Assembly (NCBI RefSeq): GCF_963921235.1
Contig: NC_086109.1
Location: 7,876,001-7,940,000 of the forward strand
Length of the DNA stretch: 64,000 bases
Origin: Mobula hypostoma
Taxonomy: Eukaryota
Reading direction: 5' to 3'
How positions within the stretch are numbered: the first letter of the stretch is position 1; each line of letters begins with the position of its first letter. Both the position numbers and the translations under genes were made by a program. Shown here in pieces: positions 38,931-52,827 of this stretch. Under the pieces are notes generated by a model. That model saw nothing but the letters and a program-made list of their open reading frames with translations. It was not told where the DNA came from and ran no database searches.

Positions 38931-39130
38931 AGGCCTAGTGATCAGGGTCCTGTCATGGTGAGGACTAGTGTTCAGGCTCCTGTCACCAGTAAGGCCTAGT
39001 GTTCAGGGTCCTGTCACCAGTAAGGCCTAGTGTTCAGGGTCCTGTCATTGATGAAACCTAGTGTTCAGGGTCCTGTAATCAGTGAGGCCTAACGTTCAGA
39101 CTCCTGTCGTCGGTGAGGCCAGAGTTCAAG
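38931..39130. repeat. Minisatellite, 30-31-bp unit, about 6.5 copies
   Basis: Unit AGGCCTAGTGTTCAGGGTCCTGTCACCAGT(A/G), head-to-tail. Confidence 0.92.
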
Positions 39131-41126
39131 GCCTGGTGTTCATGATCGGCAGGTCCTGTGAACAAAGCCGAGGATCAGGGCCCAAGGTTTGAATCCAAAG
39201 TCTGGAAGTTGAGGCCTGTTGGCCAGAGCCCTGAGTCTGTGAGTCTCTGTGAGTTTGCTGGGGTAGTCGAAGGTCCAATGTCTGCATGCCCATGTCTGAA
39301 TCCAAGTCCAAATCCAATTCCTCTGGGGGCTGGAAACCAAAGAATACGAACTGTCTTGGGTGCTGGATTACCATGAGAGTGCATGGGTGGGAGGGAGGAA
39401 AGGGGCTTGTTTTGCTGTTGGGGTTTTGTTGTGTTCTGTGGTGTTCTGCCCAGCATTGTGGGCCTGCTGTGTGACGGCACTCACAGCCAGCCCCCAGCAC
39501 ACCCATGGGTGTGTTGTTTGTTAACGCAAATGGCACATTTCACTGTATGGTTCGATGTTAAGTTCAAAGTTGAAAGTAAGTTTATTATCAAAGTACATAT
39601 CTCTCACCATATACTCACCTGAGATTCATTTTCTTGTGGGCGTATTCAATGAATTTATAGAATAATAACTATAACAGAATCATTGAAAAACTGCACCAAC
39701 TTTGGCGCTCAACCAGAGTGCAAAAGACAACAAACTGTGTAAATACAAAAAAAAAGTAATAATAATAAATAAATTAACAATAAATATCAAGAACATGTGT
39801 TGAAGAGTCCTTGAACGTGAGTCCATTGGCTCTGGGAACAGTTCAGTGATGGGGTGAGTGAAGTTGAGTGAGGGTATCCCCCTGGTTCAAGAGCCTGATG
39901 GTTGAGGAGTAATAACTGCTCCTGAATCTGGTGTGGGTCCTGAGGCTCCTGCACCTTCTTCCTGATGGCAGCAGTGAGAAGAGAGTATACCCTGAGTGGT
40001 GGGGGTCCCTGATGTACACGTGACAAACAATCTTGAAACTTGAACCCCGAACTTTATTAATCACCTACTTCCTTAAACCCATCACCCCTGCTGGGGTGTG
40101 GGCCACCCACAGCAGCTCGCAGGAGTCCTCTGTCCCGGGCCAGTCCTTCAAGTTGTCCCCAGGTGTAGCCCACCTTCGGAGATCCTTCCTCTCCCCGGGA
40201 TGAGGTTTTTGGAGCTTCTTTGGGCCTTGTTGTAGCTCTGGGTTTTTACGGGATGGGGTTGCTTGCCCCATGCCCAACCCTCCTCTGTTCACAGCCGGGC
40301 TTGGGACTGCCCATGGCAGAGTTACGTTATTGGACAACGTGCTTCAAAATTTTCCTTGCTTTATTCAGGACCCCAACCACCCAGGACATGCCCTCTTCTC
40401 ACTGTTACCATCAGGAGGGAGGTACAGGAGCCTGAAGGCTCACACTCAGCGATTCAGGAACAGCTTCTTCCCCTCTGCCATACGATTTCTGAATGGACAT
40501 TGAACCTATGAACACTACCTCATGACTTCCTTATTCCTGTTTTTGCACTACTTACTTAATTTAACTATTTAATATATATCTATACTTACTGTAATTCACT
40601 GTTTTGTTCTAGTATTATGTATTGCATAGTACTTCTACCAGAAAGTCAACAAATTTCACAACATATGCCAGTGATATTAAACCTGATTCTGATTCTGATG
40701 TAGAGATCCATTAAAAACGTCAAGCAGTAAGGACAACACTACAAAAGAGAACATTACCATTGGTATCACAAAGTATTCGGATAAGAGCAGATATTCGAAT
40801 GTGACTATAACACGGAGGAAAGTATTAATTATATTTTACACATCCACACATCCACACAATGAATTCAGATAGCAAAACACTGCAGATGCTGGAATGTTGA
40901 AAGAAAATAGAACATTCTGAAAACATTCAGTGGTCGGGCAGCGTCTGTGAAGAGCAAAGCAGAATTAATGTTGCTGGTTGATGGGCTTCCACTGGGACTA
41001 GGTGGTTCCAAAACGAGAGCAAACAGAAACAGGGGCAGGAGTAGATCACTGTTGTCCTCAAACTTGCCCAGTGACAGGCTCCTCTACCATATTGGTTCCC
41101 TATTGGCCTGCGTTACCATTCAGGGT

Positions 41127-41235
41127 GGTGTGTGTGTGTGTGTCTGTGTGTGTGTGTGTGTCTGTGTGTGTGTGTGTGTGTGTGTGTCTGTGTGTGTGTG
41201 TGTGTCTGTGTGTGTATGAGAGAGAGAGAGAGAGA
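41127..41235. repeat. (GT)n(GA)n compound microsatellite; another at 50432-50500
   Basis: Direct inspection. Confidence 0.95.
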
Positions 41236-42381
41236 GGATGGAGGTCTGGGGAGATGTGTGGAGACTGCTCCTTTGCTGACTCCAGTCGTTCGTCTCTCCA
41301 CACCAGACGTCCTATTTCAGAGCATTGCTCACTATTGAACAATGAACTGCGAAATTTGATTGGATTCTGTGCATTCAATATCAGGCAGTTCAATGGGCAT
41401 CCCATAACTTTAATCTCTTTTTCTCAGCAGCTCCTTTAAAGCAATGGTTCCTTTCAGTGAGCTAGATACATGCCCATGCAAACCATTTTTATTAATCTTT
41501 TCATAATTGTTTTACAGATGCTCTCTCCCCCTCCAATTCATCCACTGCATTTATCTTTAAATACTGATGATAATTTGCGGCCTGGTCCCTTTCATGCACA
41601 TATAATTATCTTTATTGAAATAAGATCAGTTCTTTTGCACAGGCAGCTGAGGACATGAAGTCACGGACACAAAATTGTTAAGAAACTTCACGATCATAGG
41701 TACTTACTTTAATTTAGCTCCCTGTTCTGTATTCATTCCAGGTAATCCGGTAATGGTCAGAAACACACTGTATGTCACATATCAGAATAAGAATCAGATT
41801 TACTATCACTGACATATGTCATGAAATGTGTTGCAGCAGATTTACAGTGCAATACATTAAAAAATTACTATGACAATTTTAAAAAAGTGCAAAATAAGAG
41901 CACAAAATAGTGAGGTAGTCTCAGGCCTTTGCGGACGGTTTAGAGTGCGACTTTATAAAACTCTGGTCAGGCCACATCTGGAGTACTGCGTACAGTTCTG
42001 TTTGCCCCGCTACAGGGAGGGTGTCGAGGCTTTGGAGAGGATGCAGAAGAGGTTCACCAGGGTGCTGCCTGGTTTAGAGGGTGTGAACTATCACAAGGGG
42101 CTGGATAAACTTGGGTTGTTTGCTCTGGAGTGGTGGTGGCCGAGGGAAGATCTGATAGAGGTTTATAAGATTACGAGAGGTCTAGACAGAGCGGACAGAG
42201 AGTATCCGTTTCCCCCGGTTGAAATGACTAATACCAGACGGCATGCAAAGAAGGTGAGTGGGGTAGGTTCACGGGGCATGTGAGGGGCAAGTTTTTTTCT
42301 CAGAGGCTGGTGGATGCCTGGAATGTGCTGCCTGATAGGGTGGTAGAGGCAAATACATTAGAGACTTTTAAGAGACATTTT

Positions 42382-43036
42382 ATTAGATTAGATTAGATTA
42401 GATTATGAGGACACGCAGTCCTCTTTTATTGTCATTTAGTAATGCATGCATTAAGAAATGATACAATGTTTTTCCAGAATGATATCACGGAAACACATGA
42501 CAAACCAACTGAAAAACTGGCAAAAACCACATAATTATAACATATAGTTAAAACAGTGCAAAGTAACACCGTAATTTGATAAGAACAGATCATGGCATGG
42601 TGAAAGTCTCAAAGTCCCTCGAAAGTCCCATCATCTCACGCAGACGATGAACCTCCAGCGCCGCCAACTTGCCGATGCAGCATCCTGGAAGCATCCGACC
42701 ACAGTCCGACTCCGAGTCCGTCCGAAAACTCTGAGCCTCCGACCAGCTCTCCAACACCAAGCACCGAGCACCATCTCTGCTGAGCGCTTCGACCCCGGCC
42801 CCAGCAACAGGCAATAGGCAAAGCCGAGGATTTGGGGCCTTCCCCTCCGGAGATTCTCGATCGCACAGTAGCAGCGGCAGCGAAGCGGGCATTTCAGAAG
42901 TTTCTCCAGGTGTTCCTCCGTGCTTCTCATGGCTGTCTCCATCAAATCCAGATAGTGCACGACCCCCTTAGTTAACACATACGATATTCATTCGGAACGG
43001 CCGCGCGTGCTGCGTCACACTGCCATCTTCTCCTCC
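42382..43036 (-). mobile_element. ORF-less CpG-rich retroposon with (AATCT)n tail, copy 1, inserted in CR1
   Basis: 5' GGAGGAGAAGATGGC, 3' ATGACAATAAA..(TAATC)n; CR1 continues on both sides. Confidence 0.85.
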
Positions 43037-44409
43037 ATGTGGATGGGCACATGGATGTAAGGAAGATGGAGGTAAGTGGACATAGTGTAGGTAGGAGGGA
43101 TTAGTGTTTGGGTGTTTTTGATTTGCTTTTTTCACTGGGCCGAATGGCCTGTTTCTGAGCTGTACTGTAGTTGGTTCTATAAACCTGATGGCAGAGGGGA
43201 AGGAGCTGATCCTAAAGCATTGAGTGTGGGTCCTCAGGCCCCTGTGCCTCCTCCCTGATGGTAGCAATGTAATAGCGAATATTCTGGATGACGAGGTCTT
43301 TAACGATGGGTGCTGCCTGCTTAAGACACCGCCTTTTGAAGGTTCCTTTAATTTAGAAATACAGCCTAGAATCAGAATCAGAATCAGGTTTATTATCACC
43401 GGCACGTGACGTGAAATTTGTTAACTTAGCAGCAGCAGTTCAATACATAATGTAGCAGAGAGAGAGAAAAATAATAATAATAAATAAAATAAAACATAAT
43501 AATAAATAATCAAGTAAATCAATTACGTATGTTGAATACATTTTTTAAAAATGCACAAAAAACAAATACTATATATTAAAAAAGTGAGGTCGTGTCCAAA
43601 GATTCAATGTCCATTTAGGAATCGGATGGCAGAGGGAAGAAGCTGTTCCTGAATCGTCGAGTGTGTGTCTTCAGGCTTCTGTACCTCCTCCCTGATGGTA
43701 ACAGTGAGAAAAGGGCATGCCCTGGGTGCTGGAGGTCCTTAATAATGGACACTGCCTTTCTGAGACAACACTCCCTGAAGACGTCCTAGGCTAGTACCCA
43801 AGATGGAGCTGACTAAATTTACAACCCTCTGCAGCTTCTTTCTGTCCTGTACAGTAGCCCCTCCATACCAGACAATGATGCAGCCTGTCAGAATGCTCTC
43901 CACGGTACAACTATAGAGGTTTTTGAGTGTATTGTTGATATGCCAAATCTCTTCAAACTCCTAATAAGGTCTTCTGGCTGCTCTGCCTCCCAGCAGCTCC
44001 CAACAACCCCGACTTAACCCAAATCTAGTCACAGGACAATTTACAATGACCTATTAACCTGCTTGATAAATCTTTAGATTGTCAGAGGAAACCAGGGGAG
44101 CTGAAGGAAGCCCATGCACTCCACGGGGAGGACGCACAGAAACGCCTGGATTGAACTCCCAGTTCTGAGGCTCTGAGCCGTAATAACATCGCGCTAACCA
44201 CTAGGATTTGGTTGCGCCCGTGATGGTGAGAGGGCTGTGCCCGTGATGGAGCTGAGACTACAACCTTCTGCAGCTTTTTCCAATCCTCTGCGATGGCCCC
44301 TCCGTAACAGACGGCGATGCAACCAGTCAGGTGCTCTCCAGCGTACATCGGTAGGAATTTGCGAGAGACTCCTAGTGAAGGATAGGCGCTGGCATGTCTT
44401 CTTTGTAAT

Positions 44410-45107
44410 GGAGGAGAAGATGGCGGCACGACGGCAGCATGCGTGGCCTCTCCGGTGAATGAATGATATCTGTAATCTGTCAAGTAGGGGACCGTGCGCA
44501 ATTCTGATTTGATGGAGACGGACGTGAGAGCACGGAGGAACGTCTGAAAAACTTCTGGAATGCCCGCTTCGCTGCCGCTGCTACTGTGTGGTAACCGGAA
44601 TCTCCGGAGCCAAAGGCCCCAAAATCCTCGGCTTTGCGTGTTTCAGCGGCCGGGGAGAGGTCGAAGGCGCTCGGCAGAGGATGGCGCTCGGGAGGCTGTA
44701 TCGGAGGGGCTGGTCGGAAGCTCCAAGTTTTCGGATGGACGGACTCAGTGTCGGCTGTGGTCGGCTGCTTCCAAGGCATCGGCAAGTTGACAGTGCCTGG
44801 AGGTTTATGGCAGGGAGTTTCTCCCTTTTGCCACCTGCTATTGGGGACGCAGGAGTCAATCGACTCAGGGACTTTGAGACTATTTTTACCGTGCCCATGG
44901 TTTGTTCTTCATCAAATTATGGTATTGCTTTGCACTGCTGTAACTATATGTTATAGTTATGTGGTTCTGTCAGTGTTAGTCTTTGGTTTGTCCTGTTTTC
45001 TGTGATATCACTCCAGAGAAACATTGTATCATTTCTTAATGCATGTATGCATTTCTAAATGACAATAAAAGAGGACTGAGTGTTCTCATAATCTAATCTA
45101 ATCTAAT
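44410..45107 (+). mobile_element. ORF-less CpG-rich retroposon, copy 2
   Basis: Same termini as copy 1. Confidence 0.85.
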
Positions 45108-45642
45108 TGTGACTCCCCTGCGGTGGACAGGAAGGCTCGACAACAGCTAACTAAAATTGCCCAACACAATGCCAGCACTAGTCTGTCGTCAGCAAGGACA
45201 TACAGTATCAACAGAAGGGTGCTGGAAAAGGGCCAGTAACGTCATGAAGGATCCCAACCACCCTGCTCATGGACTGTTTGTCCCACTCACATCAGGGAGC
45301 AGGCAATGTAGCATCCACACCAGGACCACCAGACTCCAAAACAGTTACTTTCCCCAAGCAGTAAGGCTGATCAACACCTCTACCCGTTAAGTCCACCTTT
45401 ATTTTCTGTCAGTCACCTTATGTACAGCCTAAGGTCACTTTATGGACATACAATCTATCTATGTATATAAGCTATTTTACTTATTTATATTTACTGTAGG
45501 TCTTTTAATTATCATTATTATTATTGTGTTCTTTATCTTTGGTGGGTTTTTTTGTGCTGCCTCAGATTTGGAGGAACAATGATTTTGTTCTCCATTACAC
45601 TTGTATACAGGAAATGACATTAAACAGTCTTGAATCAATATG

Positions 45643-45791
45643 CAACACACACAAAGTGCTGGAGGAACTCAGCAGGCCAGGCAGCATCTATGGAAAAGAG
45701 AAAAAAGTCGACGTTTCAAGCTGAGGCCCTTCATCAGTCCTGCCTGGCCTGCTGAGTTCCTCCAGCATTTTGTGTGTGTTGCTTTGGATTT
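45643..45791. mobile_element. PLE-derived fold-back mini-element; tail continues at ~46321-46350 beyond a Rex insertion
   Basis: CAACACACACAAAGTGCTGGAGGAACTCAGCAGGCCAGGCAG pairs with CTGCCTGGCCTGCTGAGTTCCTCCAGCATTTTGTGTGTGTTG; hammerhead core in the loop on minus. Confidence 0.85.
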
Positions 45792-47957
45792 CAAGTCGTC
45801 ACTTTTTATTGTCATTTCAATCATAACTGCTGGTACAGAACATAGTAAAAATGAGGCAACGTTTTCCAGGACTATGATGCTACATGAAACAATACAAAAA
45901 CTACACTGAACTATATAAGAAAAAACACAAAAGCTACACTAGACTACAGACCTATCCAGGACTGCATAAAGTGCACAAAACAGTGCAGGCACTACAATAG
46001 ATAATAAACAAGACAATAGGCACAGTAGAGGGCAGTAGGTTGGTGTCAGTCCAGGCTCTGGGTATTGAGGAGTCTGATGGCTTGGGGGAAGAAACTGTTA
46101 CATAGTCTGGTCGTGATAGCCTGAATACTTCGGTGCCTTTTTCCAGATGGCAGGAGGGAGAAGAGTTTATATGAGGGGTGTGTGGGGTCCTTCACAATGC
46201 TGTTTGCTTTGCAGATGCAGCGTGTGGTGTAAATGTCTGTGATGGCGGGAAGAGAGACCTCGATGATCTTCTCAGCTGACCTCACTATCCGCTGCAGGGT
46301 CTTGCGATCCGAGATGGTGCAATTCCAGCATCTGCAGATTTTCTTGAGTTCAAATCAACGTGTTGGGGCCAGGATAGATTCTCTGAGACGCCGAGGCCCT
46401 GGAACTTGAAGCTGCCTGCTCTTTCCGTCACTGGCCCTTCGATGACGACTGCTCTGAGTTCTCCCAACTCTGTGGAAACTTGCTACAGTTTTTGGTGACA
46501 GACCAAATCTCTTCAAACTCCTATTGAAGTACAGTATGTTGGTTCTCTATGCTAGTCTATAAATCGTGTCCTATTCAGCCTCAGAGGAATCTGTACACAG
46601 TAGACGCAGAAATCCACCCACCTTACAAGCACAACGAATTTGGATTCAGACACCAGTTGAGAATGATTCTGGCTCGGCCTGAAAGCAAGTTGAGACTACT
46701 TTAACAAATAGCTCAAAGCAAAACTGTTCCATTAGCTTCATTGTGCTAATGACAGGCAGGAAGTGTTGCATCAGCAGAAACGTTAGGGAGATTTAGAAGA
46801 GCAGACAACAGACAGACAATTAAGGGACAAACCATATTTCTTGTCTCAAAATGGGACCCAAGCTGTCACTGAGAAAACTGCTTTTGCGCTTCACTGGCTG
46901 AGGAAGACTATCTCAGTCTCAGCGGCGGGGGAAACACGTGAAGGAGCTCAGACTACGCACTGCATTGCAAGAAAATATTTGGTGTATTATAAGCAGTTTT
47001 GAGCCCTGTATCTAAGAAAGATACCTATCGCCAAGAACAATCATGGTCATCAGACCATGATCACCTGTATCATACAACACAGCACATAATGATGATGAGC
47101 TAAGAAAGCTCATACTGGCAATTGGAGAGGGTCCAGGGGAGCCTTATGGCAATGATCCCAGGGATGAAGTTCATAGTTCAAAGTTCAACGTATATTTATT
47201 ATCGAGGTACAATATACTGCCTTGAGGTTCTTTTTCCTTGCCAGTATTCACAGGAAAACAGATAAACAATAGAATCAATGAGAAATTGCACACGAAGACT
47301 GACATACAACCAGTGTGCAAAAGAGGACTAACTCTGCAAATAAATAAATAAACAAACAAACAAACATGTAAATAGATAGATCAAGAGGCTAAATGGTCTA
47401 CTCTCTTGGTAACACACCCAAAATGCTGGAGGAGCTCAGCAAGTCAGGCAGCATCTATGAAAATGAATAGACAGTCGACATTATGGCCAAGACCCTTCTT
47501 CAGGACTGGATGGTGTTCCTTGTATTTTACTTTCTTTGTTTTCTCTGACAGACTACAGAAGCACAAGGGTTTCTGCAGATGCTGGAAATCCAGAGCAACA
47601 CACACAAAATGGTGGAGCAAATCAGGAGGTCAGGGAGCACCTATGGAGGGAAATAGAGAGCCGATGTTTCGTGCCTAAATATTCCACCCCAGGCAGGTTT
47701 GACTATTTGTACTGACACAGGATCTGAAACACTGATAATTCATCTCCTCCTTGCTACGGCAGGTGCTTGAACCCACTGAGTTCCTCCAGCACATTGTTCG
47801 TTGGAAACCTCAGAAAAAAACACACAAAGTGCTGGAAGAACTTAACAGGTCAGGCAACTTCGATGGGGAGGAATCAACTATCGATATTTCTGGGCCAAGG
47901 CCCTTTATCAGTTGACTGTTCATCAATTTCCAAAGATGTAGCCTGACCTGCTGAGTT

Positions 47958-48620
47958 AGAAACATAGAAAACCTACAGCACAATACAGGCCCTTCGGCCC
48001 ACAAAGCTGTGCTGAACATGTCCTTACCTTAGAAATTACCTAGGGTTACCCATAACCCTCTATTTTTCTAAGCTCCATGTACCCATCCAGGAGTCTCTTA
48101 AAAGATCCTATTGTATCCACCTCCACCACCGTCGCCAGCAGCCCATTCCACACACTCACCACTCTCTGCGAAAAAATCTTACCCCTGACATCTCCTCTTT
48201 ACCTTCTTCCAAGCACCTTAAAACTGTACCCTCTTGTGCTAGCCATTTCAGCCCTGCGAAAAAGCCTCTGACTATCCACACGATCAATGCCTTTCATTAT
48301 CTTATACACCTCTATCAGGTCACCTCTCATCTTCTGCCACTCCAAGGAGAAAAGGCCAAGTTCACTCAACCTATTTTCATAAGGCATGCTCCCCAATCCA
48401 GGCAACATCCTTATAAATCTTCTCTGCACCCTTTCTATAGTTTCAACATCCTTCCTGTAGTGAGGTGACCAGAACTGAGCACAGTACTCCAAGTGGGGCC
48501 TGACCAGGATCCTATGTAGCTGTAACACTACCTCTCAGCTTTTAAACTCAGTCCCACGGTTGATGAAGGCCAATGCACCGTATGCTTTCTTAACCACAGA
48601 GTCAACCTGCATAACAGCCT
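47958..48620 (-). mobile_element. CR1 3' fragment inserted in a fold-back pLTR
   Basis: LVRPHLEYCAQFWSPHYRKDV..MRGDLIEVYKIM; TGAGTT at both junctions. Confidence 0.9.
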
Positions 48621-48960
48621 TGAGTTCCTCCAGCATTTTGTGTGCTTTCCCCTTTCCCGTCCAGTCCTGATGACGGCTCTCAGCCTGAAACATTGACTGC
48701 AATTAAATTTATCCATGCTGCTCTTCACCTCATGCTCTCAATATTTATTCCTTATTTATTCACTTATAACTATTATTTCTCTCCTTTCGTATTCGCATGT
48801 TGGTTGCCTTTTGTACAGTTTGTCTGCCCTGTCGACGCAGTCTTTCACCGACTCTATTATGGTCATTGGATTTATTGAGTATGCCTGCAATAAAATGAAT
48901 CTCAGGGTTGCATAGGTACTTTGATAATAAATTTACTTTGAACTTTTAACTTTGATGCCA

Positions 48961-49030
48961 ACAGTCTCCATTCTAATTCTTATAGATCTAGGTGCTGCCT
49001 TCGACACATTTGACGACAACACTCTCTGAG
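48961..49030 (+). mobile_element. Old L2-type RT fragment
   Basis: TVSILILIDLGAAFDTFD resembles the L2 motif LLDLSAAFDTVDH. Confidence 0.55.
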
Positions 49031-49799
49031 ATCGCCATTAGTGTAACGGCAGGTTTTCTGAACTCGCGAGAATCTCAAGCATTTATAACCAATGCCAACA
49101 CGACAGGACTTGCAGAACAACGGTCTAAAGGAATTCCGAGGGACACGAGGCTGTGCAGATGCTGGAATCTGGAGCAGCAACGTACTGCCGGCACAAAACA
49201 ACAAATTCCGCAATGTGTTAGTGATCAAAAACCTGACAAGGCTGTTAGGTTTCTACTTATTGATTTATTTACTGAAACAGAGCACCAAATAGACCCTTCT
49301 GACTTTTTGAGCCACAGCACCCAGCAACCCCTGATTTAGTCCTAGCCTAATCACGGGGCAATTTACAATGACCAATTAACCTACCAACCGGTACGCCTCT
49401 GGACTGTGGGACGGAACGCATGCATTCCACGGGGAGGACGTACAGATGTCATTGGAACTGAACTCCAAACTCCAACACCCTGAGCCAAAATAGCAAAGCG
49501 CTACTGCGGGTCCCACCCAGCACCCATGTACACCCTGCCACCCACCCCCCGGCTCACAGACACACTCTCATCCCGCACTGGTCACTTTTCAGCTTTTGCT
49601 GCTGCTGTTTCACATTCTGATACCACAGCTCGTTTTATTAAAATTGTGCCAGGAACATTATACTGTCTTACATAACCGTGCACCTCCCACCTTCTGTCAA
49701 CCTGTCAATCTTCAGGCCACGTTATTCAGGGACTCGTGCTAACCTTCTTTTGAGGCAGGATGTGCTGGGCTGTAACTACATGGGCTGTGTGTGACTATA

Positions 49800-50041
49800 C
49801 AGTCAGTGGCCACTCCATTAGGTACCCCTGCTCGTTAATGCAGATATTTAATCAGCCACTCCTGTGGCAGCAGCTCAATGCATAAAAGCATGCAGACGTG
49901 GTCAAGAGGTTCAGTTGTTTTTCAGACCAAACACCAGAATAGGGAAGAAATGTGATCTAAGTGACTTTGACTGTCGAATGACTGCTGGCGCCAGATGGGG
50001 TGGTTTGAGTATCTCAGAAACTGCTGATCTCCTGAGATTTT
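49800..50041 (+). mobile_element. Tc1 5' fragment, same family as 34194-34726
   Basis: TA|CAGTCAGTGGCCACT TIR; DLSDFDCRMTAGARWGGLSISETADLL. Confidence 0.85.
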
Positions 50042-50431
50042 CTGATGGCAGAGCCCACGGAGCCTTCAGTGAAGTAAGTCAACCTTGGTCCAGAGAGAAC
50101 TCTAAAGAAAAGTGGCAAAGCAGTTGCTTCTACTGAACTGTTCAAGTGCCATCCTGACAGTCCTAGGGCAAGGTTGGATTACTGAGCCCGCAGTCTTGAT
50201 GCACGTGTTGGCATTCTGTTGTAACAGTAGTTTATCATCAGGTCCCTGTGAGCCTAGAGGTTGAAGCCCAGAGGTCTAAGTCCTGAGACTGGCGATTCCT
50301 GGGGTCGATATTGGATGTTGAGACCACTGGGTCGGTGTGCCCGGAAGTCGGAGGTCCCTGTGAGTCTGTGAGTCCAGCCCAGGGTACTGGAGGTCAGAAG
50401 CCTAGAGGAAGCCTATTCTAGGGTTGGAAGC

Positions 50432-50504
<73 letters not shown>

Positions 50505-51242
50505 GGTGGGTGCTTTGTTGTTGTTGTTTTGTTGATGATATTGTTGCTCGTGTAGTTCTGCTGAACGCTGTGGACACGCTATGTTGGTGCTGGAATGTGT
50601 AACAACACTTGTGGGCTGCCCCCAGCGCATCCTCAGATAGTGCTGGTAGTTAACGTAAAACAACACATCTCACTGTATGTTTCCATGGACATGTGATAAA
50701 AAAAATCTGAATATATTGTCACATGTCCCAAGACACAGTAAAAGGCTTTTGTTTTGCAACCAACCATTTAGGTCATGCCTTGCATAATTACAGTGAGATA
50801 ATAGAAAGGAACAGAATGCAGAATTTGGTGTTACAGTGACAGAGAACGTGTCACATAGGTATTAGGTGTAAGGGCCACTACGAGAGACTGCGAGATCAGA
50901 GGTTCATCCTTTAGTATGTGAGAGGCCAGTTCAAGATTCTGTTAACAGCAGGATAGAAGCTGTCCTTAAGCCTGGTGACCATAAAACCATAAGACACAGA
51001 AGCAGAATTGGGCCATTCAGTCCATCGAATCTACTCCACCATTCCAGCATGGCCGATTTATTATCCCTCTCAACCCTATTCCCCTAGCTTCTCCTCGTAA
51101 TCTTTGAAACCCTGACTAATCAAGAACCAATCAACTGCCGCTTTAAATATGCCCGATGCCTTGGCCTTCACAGTCTGTGGCAACAAATTCCACAGACTCA
51201 CCACCCGCTGGCTGAAGAAATTCCTCCTCATCTCTGGGGAGG

Positions 51243-51914
51243 GGAGGAGAAGATGGCAGCGTGACACAGTGCACGCGGCCGCTCCGAAATGATAACGTAT
51301 TTGTAAGTAGGATGCCGTGCACAATCCTGATTTGATGGAGATGACGTGAGAGGCACAGAGGAACACCTGGAGTAACTTCTGAAATGCCCCGCTTCGCTGC
51401 CACTGCTACTGTGCGATCGAGAATCTCCGGAGGGGAAGGCCCCAAATCCTCGGCTTTGCCTATTGCCTGTTGCCGGGGCTGGGGTCGAAGCGCTCGGTGT
51501 CGGAGGGCTGGTCGGAGTCTCGAAGTTTTCGGACGGACTCAGAGTCGGCTGTGGTCGGGTGCTTCCAGGGTGCTGCATCGGCAAGTTTGCAGCGCTGGAA
51601 GCTCATGGCAGGGAGAGTCTCTCCCTTCTACCATCTGCATGAGATGATGGGACTTCGAGAGACTTCGAGACTTTTTTTTTTACAGTGCCCATGGCCTGTT
51701 CTTTATCAAATTACGGTATTGCTTTGCACTGTTGTAACTATATGTTATAATTATGGGTTTTTGTCAGTTTTTTTAGTCTTGGTTTGTCTTGTGTTTCTGT
51801 GATATCATTCTGGAGGAACATTGTATCATTTCTTAATGCATGCATTACTAAATGACAATAAAGGAGGACTGAGTGTCCTCATAATCTAATCTAATCTAAC
51901 CTAATCTAATCTAA
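51243..51914 (+). mobile_element. ORF-less CpG-rich retroposon, copy 3, inserted in CR1
   Basis: Same termini; CR1 CATCTCTG|TCTAAAG collinear across it. Confidence 0.85.
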
Positions 51915-52827
51915 AGCGATGCTCTTGTATTCTGAGGCTGTGCTCTCTGGCCCTAGACTCCTCCATTATAGGAAACAAACAAGTTGTCGGGCGTTTGTAT
52001 GTTCTGCCGGAGGGGATGAGGGAGAAGAGAGGATGTCCGGGGTGGGAGGGAGCTTTGAATCTATCTGTTGTTTTCCTGAAGCAGCAGGACATGCAGACAG
52101 GGTCAGTGGAGGGAAGGGTGTTTCCCATAATGGGCTGTTTTAAATGGGATATTTTGAAGGAACTAATGAGAAATTCTGGAATAAAATGCCGGTGGCTATT
52201 AAACCCACATTTTATGTGGAAGGAAATCTATTTCTAGCGAAATGGTCGACCTGCTGAAATAACCCAGCTGGTCTCTTGGTTCAAGGGCACAGACGTTGGC
52301 CTTACATCCCGTCAATAATTCAGAAAATAAGGCCGTTGTGTTAACCCATTAATAGATTCTGCGCTATTTATAGGAATCAACAAATTCTTTCTGGTTTGAA
52401 CTTTGTTTAAAATATTCATAAAAGGCTTGTGGATTTGCATTTCTATTTCATCACACCCACTGTGATCCACCGGAGTGGAATTAATTGCAAAGAGTGAAGG
52501 AGGTGGTCAGGATTATTAAAGTACGCCACGCAGCTGACAAGGGGACTTGCACTGATTTTACTGCAGGTTTCTGCGGTTTTAAATCAAACTTCACACAAGC
52601 AGGGAAAGGCTGCTTCTGAAGCAACTCATTTTCAAGGCTGGAGGAGTAATACCTCGGGGGGGGGGCTCGGTAGCGCAGTGGTTAGCACAACATCTCGCTG
52701 TACCGGCGACACGGGTTCAGTTCCCGCTGCTGCCTGTATGGGATGTTCTCCCCGTGTTCTGGTTTCCTCGCACAGTCCAAAGATGTAACCAGTTGATAGG
52801 TTATTCCCCTGTGGTTAAGGTAGGGTT

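Noticed and set aside
38931..39130. 31-bp repeats as a CRISPR array
   Set aside because: Head-to-tail units with no unique spacers, no cas genes, vertebrate context
41630..41705. 57-nt exon between TTTTGCACAG and GTACTT
   Set aside because: Stops in all three frames; weak donor
42382..42405. Interstitial telomere repeats
   Set aside because: Unit is TTAGA (retroposon tail), not TTAGGG
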